Origin: Squalus acanthias
Lineage: Eukaryota
NCBI GenBank assembly: GCA_030390025.1
Contig: CM059431.1
Coordinates: 147,004,001-147,068,000, forward strand
Direction: 5' to 3'
DNA: 64,000 bases
A model generated the notes under the pieces. The model saw only the letters and a list, made by a program, of their open reading frames with translations. It searched no databases and was not told the origin of the DNA. This document shows, piece after piece, positions 1 through 12,443 of this stretch (the first letter of the stretch is position 1; each line of letters opens with the position of its first letter). The position numbers were made by a program, and so were the translations under genes.

Positions 1-1680
1 TGACCCAGGCCCACTCCCCACTGACCCGGCCCCACACCCCACTCACCCAGCCCCACACGGATACCTCTCTGAACCAGCCCCACACCACACTGAACCAGCC
101 TCACACTGACCCAGCCCCACACCCCACTCACCCAGGCCCACACCCCACTTACCCAGCCCCACACCCCACTGACCCAGCCCCACATCCCACTGACCCAGCC
201 CCACACCCCACTGACACGGCCGCAGACTCCACTGAACCTTCCCCACATCCCACTGACCCAGCCCCACACCCCACTGACCCAGGCCCGCACCCCACTGACA
301 CAGCCCCACACCCCACTTTCCCAGCCCCACACCGATACCTTTCTGGACCAGCCCCACACCACACTGACCCAGCCTCACACTGACCCAGTCCCACACCCCA
401 CTGACCCAGGCCCTCACCTCACTGGCCAGCCCTACACCTCACTGGCCAGCCCCACACCTCACTGACCCAGCCCCACACCCAACTGACCCAGCCCCACACC
501 CCACTGACTCAGCCCCACACCGCACTGACCAAGCCCCACACCGCTCTGAACCAGCCCCACACCCCACTGACCCAGCCCCACACCCCACTGACCCAGCCCC
601 ACACCCCACTGACCCAGCCCCACACCTCACTGGCCAGCCCCACACCTTACTGACCCAGCCCCATACCCCACTGACCGAGCCCCACACCTCACTGGCCCAG
701 CCCCACACCTCACTGACCTTGCCCCACACCCCACTGACCCAGCCCCACACCCAACTGACCCAGTCCAACACACACTGACCTAGCCCCACACCCCACTGAC
801 CCCGCCCCACACCTCACTGACCCAGCCCCACACCCCACTGACACAGCCCCACACCCCACTGACCCAGCTCCCCACCCCAATGACACAGCCCCACACACAC
901 ACCCCACTGACCCAGCCCACACCTCACTGACACAGCCCCACACCGCACTGACCCTGCTCCACACCCCACTGAGCTAGCCCCACACACACACACCACTGAC
1001 CCAGCCCCGCACCTCATTGACCCAGCCCTGCACCCCACTGACCAGCCCCACACCCCACTGACGCAGCCCCACACTCCACTGACCCAGCCCCACAACCCAC
1101 TGACACGGCCGCAGACTCCACTGCACCTTCCCCACGTCCCACTGACCCAGCACCACAACCCACTGACCCAGGCCCACTCCCCACTGACCCGGCCCCACAC
1201 CCCACTCACCCAGCCCCACACGGATACCTCTCTGAACCAGCCCCACACCACACTGAACCAGCCTCACACTGACCCAGCCCCACACCCCACTCACCCAGGC
1301 CCACACCCCACTTACCCAGCCCCACAGCCCACTGACCCAGCCCCACATCCCACTGACCCAGCCCCACACCCCACTGACACGGCCGCAGACTCCACTGAAC
1401 CTTCCCCACATCCCACTGACCCAGCCCCACACCCCACTGACCCAGGCCCGCACCCCACTGACACAGCCCCACACCCCACTTTCCCAGCCCCACACCGATA
1501 CCTTTCTGGACCAGCCCCACACCACACTGACCCAGCCTCACACTGACCCAGTCCCACACCCCACTGACCCAGGCCCTCACCCCACTGACCCAGCCCCACA
1601 CCGATACATCTCTGACCCACACCGACACCCCACTGATCCAGCCTCATACCGACACCCCACTGACGCTGCCCTGCACTGAC
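1..1680. repeat. C-rich 21-bp minisatellite (unit CCCACACCCCACTGACCCAGC), running off the window start
   Basis: Tandem copies are directly visible. The 7-codon period explains the GQWGVGL/GSVGCGA ORFs. Bases 1-417 recur at 1164-1580. Confidence 0.95.
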
Positions 1681-1764
1681 ACAACAATAACCCGCTCTTA
1701 CACAGACACCCCACTTATACAAATCTACGCCTATACCTCACTGACACAGAATGTTAGTAGTAAT

Positions 1765-1960
1765 ATGGAATTCCCTTCCCAAATATTGTGGATTACGTGT
1801 CTAATTAATTTTTCATACAGAGAATAACGGATTTTTATTACTTAAGGATTTTGAGCGAAATGAATCAAAGGCAGGTAGATGTGGTTGAGATAAAGATCAG
1901 CAATAATCCCATTAAATGGACGAGCTTGAGGAGCTGAATGGCCTCCTTCGATGTTCCTCC
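1765..1960 (+). mobile_element. Degraded CR1 LINE 3' fragment
   Basis: gatcagc...aatgga...gagctgaatggcct resembles the CR1 3' end at 53040-53110. Confidence 0.55.
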
Positions 1961-2940
1961 ATTTAATCATCTGCTGAATAATAAATTCCAGTATTTGTTG
2001 AATGTAAAGTTTAACCGGAGTTTCTGGACAATGACTTCAGCACTGGAGGGTTTGAACGGCCCCTTTAAACGAAGGTGATTGGCTGTTTTTATTTAAGGCT
2101 GAGCTTCATCTGTTGTCACAGAATTCCAGTGGGGTAAAGATAAGATAATCGGTGCGAGAGAATCGAGGGTAAACCTTGTAAAATATAATTCGTAAAAATT
2201 CCCCACTGTAAAACCCTGAAAGTTATCGATGTATTTATTTCGGAGTCAGTCAAAAGTTCTATACAAGATATCGCCTATCTACAGAATTAAATTACAAAGG
2301 TCCTGAAATTGCTGTTTTTATGAACTACCCTGATGTTGAACTGATGTGTCCAGGATTCTGTATCGCAAACTATATCCGCCCCCCACGCACCCCATTAATT
2401 AATACTCTTGTTTTTTAATACGGTAAACAGTGAGTCAGGTCAGAACAACGCGCTCCCTGGTGCCGTTTCGGAGTCTCCGCCTCTTCCGGCCGAGTCCCCG
2501 CAGTTCTCCCGCACCACCTGGCGGGACAGGACAACACTTGCACAGAAGCTTGTTGTGTTGAGTGTGAGCGGCACAGTGCAGTCCGTCTAACTGATCTGCT
2601 TTATCCGCAACACTGCAAAAACACGGCCTGGCTGCGCCGGGCCATTTTATTTGTGCAGGTTTAAGGACCCCAACTGCGGTGCTCAGGCCTGTGCCCAGTT
2701 TGTCTACGTTACTTTTCTGGATTATTCCGGTACTGGGTGAGAGCTTTACAGACAGGATATTCGTTCCTGATATTTCGGGCGTCATTAATCAAAACGTTTT
2801 ACAATCGTTAATACCAACACAGACAATGTCAGTAATATCAGCTCTATAAACCTGCTCCTTATAGAGTCACCACTGGGTTAAAACTGCTCTCATACTGAGA
2901 GGGTAATGAGAGATTTATTAATAGAGTCTTGGGCAATGCT

Positions 2941-3588
2941 TCTGCCAGGTGTGTATGTGGTTTCACAGTTAATCAGGCTCCTGCCAGGTGTGTATGGGGC
3001 TTCACAGTGTATCAGCATCCTGCCAGGTGTGTATGTGGTTTCACAGTGTATCAGGACCCTGCCAGGTGTGTATGGAGTTTCACAGTGTATCAGGATCCTG
3101 CCAGGTGTGTATGCGGTTTCACAGTGTATCAGGATCCTGCCAGGTGTGTATGGGGTTACACAGTGTATCAGGATCCTGCCAGGTGTGTATGGGGTTTCAT
3201 GGTGTATCAGGGTCCTGCCAGGTGTGTATGGGGTTTCACAGTGTATCAGGATCCTGCCAGGTGTGTATGGGGTTTCATAGTGTATCAGGGTCCTGCCAGG
3301 TGTGTATGGGGGTTCACAGTGTATCAGGATCCTGCCAGGTGTGTATGCGGTTTCACAGTGTATCAGGATCCTGCCAGGTATGTATGGGGTTTCAGAGTGT
3401 ATCAGGATACTGCAAGGTGTGTATGGGGTTTCAAAGTGTATCAGGATCCTGCCAGGTATGTATGTGGTTTCACAGTGTTTCAGGATCCTGCCAGGTGTGT
3501 ATGGGGTTACACAGTGTTTCAGGATCATGCCAGGTCTGCATATAGAATCACTGTATATCAGGTTATTGCCAGGTGTGTATGGGGTTTC
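2941..3588. repeat. 39-bp minisatellite (GTGTGTATGGGGTTTCACAGTGTATCAGGATCCTGCCAG), about 16 copies
   Basis: Direct tandem copies. The 13-codon period gives repetitive ORFs on both strands. Confidence 0.95.
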
Positions 3589-4539
3589 CCAAGTACAACA
3601 GTTGTTCAGATTTACTCACACAATGCTTGTCAAAATCATCCTTATTGCTGTGGTCGGGAATATTCTGGATGGAAATATGGAACGAGTGGTCATTGATGTG
3701 TTAAATTATCCTCCACTCGGTTTTACACAGGCTGGTGGATTTTTCATTCCATTTTTCATCACACATTTGTGTTGAATATTTTAGGTTCTGAGATTTATTT
3801 TCTGGTATTTTATGAACATGATATTTATCCGCATACACAATATATAGCTTGGTGTGATCCTCTGGTCTCTATGGGCAGTGACATTGTCCGTGTGTTCATG
3901 GAGTTGTGCCCTGGTTGATGCTTCTATTTGAATATATTGACCATATCCCTCATGGTGTCAGCACCTGACTAATGAGCACTGCAGGAAGTGAGGACATTTA
4001 CCGCTGTTCCACTAATATTAACACCAATGTTGTGAATCATGTAACTTTAAACAGTGATGTGATGCACAGCATTTATGTTTGGAATCTTTCGAGGTTTGAC
4101 AATCTCAAGAATGACCATAAGTATATAAGTGGTAGATTTGCCTGCTGTTTTACAATCACAATTCTCCACTTGTGCACGTGTCTCGCTGTGTATGTCCAGG
4201 CACGGAAGACCAATCAAACTCTCAGTCAGCGTCCCTTCCTTCCCCACTGGGGAAATGTAAAAGCGATTCAGTCTCGGATCAGTAATTTCCACAAACTATA
4301 GTTCAAGTTATTTTCCGACTTTAATTTATAACCCAGTTTCAGAACTTGTAAAATTAAATTATCTGCTGCTTAAGTCAGGCTGTCACTAGTATAATAAACA
4401 CGCAACAGCACCAACTTTCATTTCCACCTACATTAATTACATTAGTTACACAAGTTTAGTTACAACATTTAAATTTTAAATAGATATTCATGATCCTTTC
4501 TACCTGTTGTAATTTGAGTGGTTGATTATATAAGCTCGA

Positions 4540-7500
4540 GTGATCAGGATCCTCCTCTCTGTGTGAAAGTTGGTTTCTGCCCTGTGGTCAGTTTCGAACT
4601 AATACATTCCTGACATTTGTTTCTCTCCACAGTGAGCGGCCTCTGTTGTTTACACAGCCGGTTTGACAATAACCGCCTCATTAACGTGAATTTATGTCAC
4701 CAAAAACATTAATCTCGGCTCCATTTGCCCTCCTAATTCGCATACGTTTCTAACTGAGTTTATCGGATTTCGTCGCGTTAACAGTGATTAAATATTAGAA
4801 TTAATCGGGGACAAGTTTTATCTCCGAAATTGCTCCGATCCAGTGGCAGGATCGTGTTCAGTCCGACCTCAGGGAACCAGAGGTTGATTTTCCAGATGCT
4901 CAGCACAGAGCGATAATCGGCCAGTGCCAATCAGTTAACCCTTTACTGGGCTGAACTGTGTGTTCGGTCTGAACTACGGGCCCCGCCGTTGTCAGTTAAG
5001 TTAAATATATTGGGCACCAAACAGTTCAGTGAGTGAAAACACCGCGCGTTATTGTAAAAAAATAAAAGCATACGGAGTAAGAATGGATCACATTCGCACC
5101 CCTGTCTGACTAAACTGTGAATTCTACAATAGGGAGGAGGCGCCGCTGGACCACAATGGATAAAGCCCCAGAGTTGGTCTGCACTGTCGGAGGTGCCGTC
5201 TTTCGGATGAGACGTTAACCCGAGGCCCCGTCTGAACTCCCAGGTGCACGGAAACGATCCCATGGCACTATTTCAAAGAAGAGCAGGGGAGTTATCCCCA
5301 GTGTCCTGGCCAATATTTATCTCTCAACCAACATAAAAAACCCCGAATATCTGGTCATTATAACATTGCTGTTTGTGGGAGCTTGCTGTGCGCAAATTGG
5401 CTGCTGCATTTCCCACATTACCACATTACTTCATTGGCTGTAAAGCGCTTTGAGACGTCCGGTGGTCGTGAAAAGCGCTCTATAAAAATGCAAGTTTTTC
5501 TTTTTTTCTTCTTTCCGGCTTTCTGTCCCGCACCCGCTTTAAAATGTGTCTGTGGGAGACTGGTGGAGACCAGGAGTGGGTTTAGTCCTGAAATCCCCGG
5601 TGTAAAATGAACTGTCCTCAGTCACAGTCTGAACCCTCACTCACAGAATAGCCGCATCCCCGCCGCTGAGGGAATATATCAAGCCGCGGGTAATAATCTT
5701 TAGAGAGGAAGAGTAATAGGAGAAATGGAATAAAACACAGAAATGAAGCTTAGAAGCTACATTAACCTTACCTTGATCCCGCAAGAATTTTCTGTCTCTT
5801 TATTTCCGTGTAGATTTTACGAGTTACATCCTTGTTATTTCACTAGAACCGATCATGCAGAAGTTCCTTGTTTGATTTGAGCAAGTCACAAATTGTTAAT
5901 TTAATCTGATCCTTGTTCTGTAAGACTCAGAACTCCGCCCTCTGTGTGAAAGCTGCTGCCCGCCCTCAGGGTGGATTTCAACTCAAACATTCCTCATTGG
6001 CGTCAGAACAGGAAGCGGCCTCACTGGTTAAATCAAACCCAACCGGTTTGGCAATTCGCTGCCACCTCACCTATAAACGAAGTTAGTTATAACATTTACT
6101 TCATCTCTTCTTCCAGGGAAGTTAAGTAAAACAGAGATTTGCTAAAGGTCTCGGGGCCCACCCACCTTATGGTAATTTGAATAATTACTTTTACTACAAA
6201 GATCATTAATTGAATTCCTCCTGTCTGTGTGAAAAGTGGTTTCAGCCTGAAACCGGTTTCCGTCTAAAACATTCCTGAGGTTTGTTTCTGTCTAAAGGGA
6301 TCAGTCTGTCTGATTTTTCGGCCAGGTTGACAATAACCGCCTCATTAACATGAATTTATTTCAGCATAAACACAAGTCCCTGCTCCATTCTCTCAACTAT
6401 TTCACAGGTTTTCCTGACTGAGTTGAACAGTGATTTCTCGGTTATGCAGCATTTCATTGTTATAATTAATCGGCAGTAGTTCTATCTCCGAAGTTGTTCC
6501 GATCGAGTGACGAGATCGTGTTCAGACCGGCCTTAGGGAATCAGAGGTTCATTTTCTAGGTGCTCGGCACAGAGCGATAATCGGCCAGCGCGAATGTGTT
6601 AACCCTTTACTGAGCTGAACTGTGTATTGGGTCTGAACTGCTGGTCCCGCCTTGGATGAGTTAAATAAAACTGTGCTGGACACCAAACGGTTCAGTGAGT
6701 AAAAGTCCGCACTGAGTTCCCAGGACCAGGTTCCAAACCCTGTTTACTGAATTGCAAATTATATCATGGGAAGGAGGAACCGCTGGACTTGCCTGGGTAA
6801 AATCCCCAGAGTTCGTGTTCCTGCTTTCTGTCCCGCAATCGGTTTAAAATGTGTCTGTGGGGAAACTGGTGGAGACCAGGAGTGAGATTAAACCTGAAAT
6901 CCCCGGAATAAACTGGACTGTCCTCATTCACAGTCTGAGCCCACACTCACAGAATAGCCGCAAACCCGGTGCTGGAGAACTGATCAAACCGCGGGTAATA
7001 AGCTTTAGAGAGGAAGAGTAACAGGAGAAATGGAAGAATTAAACACAGAAATGAAGCTTGGAAGCTACATTAATCTTACCCTGATCCCGCAAGTATTTGC
7101 TGTCTCTTTATTTCCGTGTAGATTTTGTGAGTTACATCCTTGTTATTTCACTAGAACCGATCATGCAGAAGTTCCTTGTTTGATTTGAGCAAGTCACGAA
7201 TTGTGAATTGATCTGATCCTTGTTCTGTGAGATTCAGAGCTCCGCCCTCTGTGTGAAAGCTGCTGTCCGCCCTCAGGGTGGATTTCAACTCAAACAATCC
7301 TCATTGGCTTCAGAACAGGGAGCGGCCTGTCTGGTCAAATCAAACCCAACTGGTTTGACGATTCGCTGCCACCTCACCTGTAAACAAAGTTAGTTATAAC
7401 ATTTACGTCATCTCTTTTTCCAGGGAAGTTAAGTAAAACAGAAATTTGCTAAAGGTCTCGGGGCACTCCCACCTTATGGTAATTTGAGTAATTACTTTTA

Positions 7501-10060
7501 CTACAAAGATCATTAATTGAATTTCTCCTGTCTGTGTGAAAAGTGGTTTCAGCCTGAAACCGGTTTCCGTCTAAAACATTCCTGAACTTTTTTTCTGTAT
7601 TAAGGGATTATTCTGTCTGATTTTTCGGCCAGTTTGACAATAACCGGCTAATTAACATTAATTGATTCCAGCAAAAAAACACAAGTCCCTGCTCCATTCT
7701 CTCACCTAATTCACAGGCGTTCCTAACTGAGTTAAACAGTGATATCTCGGTAATGCAGCATTTCATTGTTATAATTAATCGGGGAGTAGCTTTATCTCCA
7801 ACTTTGCTCCGATCGAGTGACGGGATCGTGTTCAGACCGACCTCAGGTAACCAGAGGCTGATTTCCCAGGTGCTCGGTACAGAGCGATAATCTGGATTGC
7901 GAATGTGTTAACCCCTTACTGAGCTGAACTGTGTGTTTGGTCTGAACTGCTGGTCCCGCCTTTGATCAGTTAAATACAACTGTGCTGGACACCAAACGGT
8001 TCAGTGAATAAAAGTCCGCACTGAGTTCCCAGGACCAGATTCCCAGATCTGTTTACTGAACTGCAAATTCTAACATGGGAAGGAGGCGTCGCTGGACTTG
8101 GCTGGATTAAATCCCCAGAGTTCGTGTTCCTGCTTTCTGTCCCGCAACCCCTTTAAAATGTGTCTGTGGTGAGACTGGTGGAGACCAGGAGTGGGTTTAA
8201 CCCTGAAATCCCCGGAGTAAAATGGACTGTCCTCAGTCACAGTCTGAACCCTCACTCAAAGAACAGCCGCAACCCCGGTGCTGGAGAACATATCAAACCG
8301 CGGGTAATAAGCTTTGGAGAGGAAGAGTAAAGGGAGAATTGGAATAAAACACAACGAAATGAAGCTTAGAAGCTACATTAACCTTACCCTGATCCCGCAA
8401 GGATTTTCTGTCTCTTTATTTCCGTGTAGATTTTGCGACTTACATCCTTGTCATTTCACTAGAACCGATCATGCAGAAGTTCCTTGTTTGATTTGAGCAA
8501 GTCTCAAATTGTGAATTTGATCTAATCCTTTTTCTGTGAGATTCAGAGCTCCGCCCTCTGTGTGAAAGCTGCTGACCGCCCTCAGGGTGGATTTCAACTC
8601 AAACATTCCTCATTGGCGTCAGAACAGGGAGCGGCCTCACCAATCAAATCAAATCCAACCGGTTTGACGATTCGCTGCCACCTCACCTGTAAACAAAGTT
8701 AGTTATAACATTTACTTCATCTTTTCTTCCAGGGCAGTTCAGTAAAACAGAGATTTGTTAAAAACCCCGGGGCCCTGCCACCTGTTAATAATTGGAGAAA
8801 TCACTTTTACTACAAAGATCATTAATTGGTTTCCTCCTGTCTGTCTGTAAGGCGGTTTCAACCTGAAACCGATTTCCGTCTAAAACATTCCTGAACATTT
8901 TTTTCTGTCTAAAGGGATCAGTCTGTCTGATTTTTCGGCCAGTTTGACAATAACCGGCTAATTAACATTAATTGATTCCAGCAAAAAATCACAAGTCCCT
9001 GCTCCATTCTCTCACCTAATTCACAAGCTTTCTTAACTGATTTAAACAGTGATTTCTCGGTTATACAGCATTTCATTATTATAATTAATCGCGGACTGGA
9101 TTTATCTCCGACTTTGCTCCGATCCTGTGACCTGGTCGCCTTGAGACCGACCTCTGGAAACCAGATGCTGATATTCCAGGTGCTCGGCACAGAGCGATAA
9201 TGGGCCAGTGCGAATGTGTTAACCCTTTACTGAGCTGAACTGTGTGTTGGGTCTGAACTGCTGGATACGCCTTTGATCAGATAAATAAAACTGTGCTGGA
9301 CACCAAACGGTTCAGTGAGTAAAAGTCCGCACTGAGTTCCAAGGATCAGGTTCCCAGCCCTGTTTACTGAAATGCAAATTCAAACATGGGAAAGTGGCGC
9401 CGCTGGACTTGGCTGGGTTAAATCCCCAGAGTTCGTGTTCCTGCTGTCTGTCCCGAAACCGCTTTCAAATTTGTCTGTGGGGAGACTGGTGGAGACCAGG
9501 AGTGAGATTAACCCTGAAATCCCCGGTGTAAAATGGACTTTCCTCAGTCACAGTCTGAGCCCTCACTCACAGAATAGCCTGAACCCCGGTGCTGGAGAAC
9601 ATATCAAACCGCGGGTAATAAGCTTCAGAGAGGAAGAGTAAAGGGAGAAATGGAGGAATAAAACACAGAAATGAGCTTAGAAGCTATATTAAACTTACCC
9701 TGATCCCGCAAGGATTTTCTGTCTCTTTATTTCCGTGTAGATTTTGCGAGTTACATCCTTGTTATTTCACGAGAGCCGGTCATGCAGAAGTTCCTTGTTT
9801 GATTTGAGCAAGTCACAAATTGTGAATTTGATCTGATGCTTGTTCTGTGAGATTCAGAGCTCCGCCCTCTGTGTGAAATCTGCTGCCCGCCCGCAGGACG
9901 GATTTCAACTCAAACATCCCTCATTCGATTCTGAACAGGGAGCGGCCTGTCTGGTCAAATGAAATCTAAGCGGTTTGACAATTCGCTGCCGCTTCAACTG
10001 TGAAAAAAGTTAGTTATACAATGTTATCCCTTCTTGTTACAGGGAAGTTCAGTAAATCAG
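4540..10060. repeat. Tandem macro-repeat, about 4 copies of a ~1.31-kb unit of unknown nature
   Basis: Anchor ctacaaagatcattaattg at 6194, 7501 and 8810. Anchor agagcgataat near 4907, 6571, 7881 and 9191. The first unit is lengthened by a SINE. Confidence 0.93.
5179..5514 (+). mobile_element. 5'-truncated Deu-domain SINE (SacSINE1/DeuSINE-like) inserted in macro-repeat unit 1
   Basis: Core gcactgtcggaggtgccgtctttcggatgagacg and a (CTTT)-like tail. Absent at the equivalent site in units 2-4. Homologous to 53647-54110. Confidence 0.85.
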
Positions 10061-10304
10061 ACACATGGTGAGAAAGAAATTGTTACATTTCCATCTGGGA
10101 TATTGTTTGATAAAAGTTCCATTGATTTAATGATATTTGCGCTTTGAGCCCATTGTCCCCGAGCCAGTATCTCGTCAGTGAGCTCAGAGGAGGCTGTTTC
10201 TGTATGTTAGAACATTAACAATTTAACTGCCGATTTTAACTATCCCTGAGCATCAATCGCCTGAGTTACTGGGGTAATGATTACTGACTTTCCACAGTTA
10301 CATT

Positions 10305-12110
10305 TAGAGTCATAGAGTCATAGAGTTATACAGCACAGAAAGGGGCCCTTCGGCCCATCGTGTCCGCGCCGGCCATCAAGCCCTGTCTATTCTAATCCCA
10401 TTTTCCAGCACTTGGTCCGTAGCCTTGTATGCTATGGCGTTTCAAGTGCTCATCTAAATGCTGCTTGAATGTTGTGAGGGTTCCTGCCTCGACCACCCTT
10501 TCAGGCAGTGAGTTTCAGATTACAACCACCCTCTGGGTGAAAAAGTTTTTCCTCAAATCCCCTCTAAACCACCTGCCCCTTATCTTGAACCTATGCCCCC
10601 TGGTTATTGACCGCTCTAATAAGGGGGAAAGTTCCTTTCTTTCTACCCTATCTACGCCCCTCATAATTTTGTACAACTCAATCAGGTCCCCCCTCAGCCT
10701 TCTCTGCTCGAAGGAAAACAACCGCAGCCTGTCCAGTCTCTCTTCATAGCTGAAACGCTCCAGCCCAGGTAATAACCTGGTGAATCTCCTCTGCAACCTC
10801 TCCAATGCAAGCACATCCCTACTATAATGTGGCGACCAGAACTGCACACAGTATTCCAGCTGTTGCCTAAATAGCGTTTTGTACAGCTGCATCATAACCT
10901 CCCTGCTCTTATATTCTATGCCTCGTCCAATGAAGGCAAGTATCCCATATGCCTTTTTAACCACCTTCTCTATCTGTACTGCTGCCTTCAGGTGTCTATG
11001 TACATGCACACCAAGTTCTCTCTGATCCTCTGTCCATCCTACGGTCCTACCATTCATTGTGTATTCCCCTGCCTTGTTGGTCCTCCCAAAATGCATCACC
11101 TCACACTTTTCAGGGTTAAATTCCATTTGCCACTGTTCTGCCCATCTAATAAACCCGTCTGTATCCTTCTGTAGTCAAAGGCTTCCCTCCTCGCTATTTA
11201 GCACTCCACCAATTTTCGTGTCATCTGCGAACTTACTGATCATACCTCCTACATTTAAATCTAAATCATTAATGTACACTACAAACAGCAAAGGACCCAG
11301 CACAGATCCCTGCCTTACACCACTGGACACAGGCTTCCAGTCACAAAAACAACCTTCGAACATCACCACCTGCCTCCTGCCACTAAGCTAACTTTGGATC
11401 CAGTGCGCCAAATTGCCCTGGATCCCATGTTCTATTAGCTTCTTTACCAGTCTCCCATATGGGACTTTGTCAAAAGCCTTACTGAAGTCCATATAGACTA
11501 CATCAACAGCACTACCCTCATCCGCAGTCACCACCTCGAAAAATTCTATCATATTGTTTAGACATGATCTCCCCCTGACAAAGCTATGCTCACTATCCTT
11601 GATTAATCCTTGCCTCTCCAAGTGGAGACTAGTTCTGTCCCTCAGAATTTTTTCCAATAATTTCCCTACTATTGATGTTAGGCTCACTGGCATTTAATTC
11701 CCTGGTTTATCCATACTACCCTTCTTGAATAATGATAGTACGTTAGCTGTCCTCCAATCCCCTGGCACCTCCCCTGTGGGCAGAGAGTTTCTGAAAATTT
11801 CTGTCAGAACGCCTGAAATCTCCTCCCTTGCCTCACAGAGCAGCCTGGGATACATCTCGTCAGGGCCTGGGGATTTATCCACTTTTAAGCCCGCTAAAAC
11901 CCCTAGTACCTCCTCCCTCTCAATACTAATTTGTTTAAGTATATCACAATCCCCCTGCCTTATTTATATGCCTAAATCGTCCTTCTCCATAGTGAACACA
12001 GATGCAAAATATTAATTTAAAACCTCACCCACATCTTCCGGCTCTACACACAGATTGCCACTTTGATCCCTAATGGGCCCTATGCTTTCCCGGGATTTCC
12101 TCTAGCCCTT
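10305..12110 (-). mobile_element. 5'-truncated CR1 LINE (ORF2 RT, disrupted)
   Basis: ORF fragments with KSPGPD, PVSLTS, MDFSKAFD, QGSVLGP and KFADD, plus a (TAGAGTCA)n tail at 10305. Confidence 0.93.
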
Positions 12111-12331
12111 TTACGTAAGAAGACTACTAGGCACTTGGTCTAGGCGTTAAACAAGGCTTTAATCAACTGTTTTACAACATGGAGGTCTAGTTGTGACCTT
12201 TTTTAGTTCCTGTTAAGAATGTCCAGCGCAAGCTGGGCACGTGCCCGAGTATTTATACTCTCCCTGGACAGCGCCACCAGCCCAATAACATTTCATAAGT
12301 CATTTCCACATGAATGACAAGATTCATGTCA
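12111..12331 (-). repeat. Gypsy 3' LTR (degenerate termini)
   Basis: Aligns to 16727-16947. Confidence 0.85.
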
Positions 12332-12443
12332 TTCTTCCCGCCTGAAAGATTGGAAGTCCGGCGACTTCCTTCTATCGGATTAATCGGACTAATAATAGCC
12401 GCAGTCGTTTGGATCTCCGTTTGTGGCTGGAAAACACGTCTCC

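Noticed and set aside
43..1722. Gly/Trp/Val-rich ORFs
   Set aside because: Products of a 21-bp repeat that is open in several frames; no evidence of a gene.
2890..3775. Cys/His-rich ORFs resembling zinc fingers (HCETPYTPGR)
   Set aside because: The 39-bp repeat is open on both strands, and there is no C2H2 spacing.
6560..6610. HDV-like or twister ribozyme suggested by GCGAATG
   Set aside because: The required nested pseudoknot pairings could not be found.
4540..10060. V(D)J RSS or J-segment array (CACAGAG, CACAGTG, ACATTAACC) or snRNA gene array
   Set aside because: No heptamer has a nonamer at 12/23 spacing, I found no FGxG/WGxG segment, and I recognise no U-snRNA, tRNA or 5S sequence.
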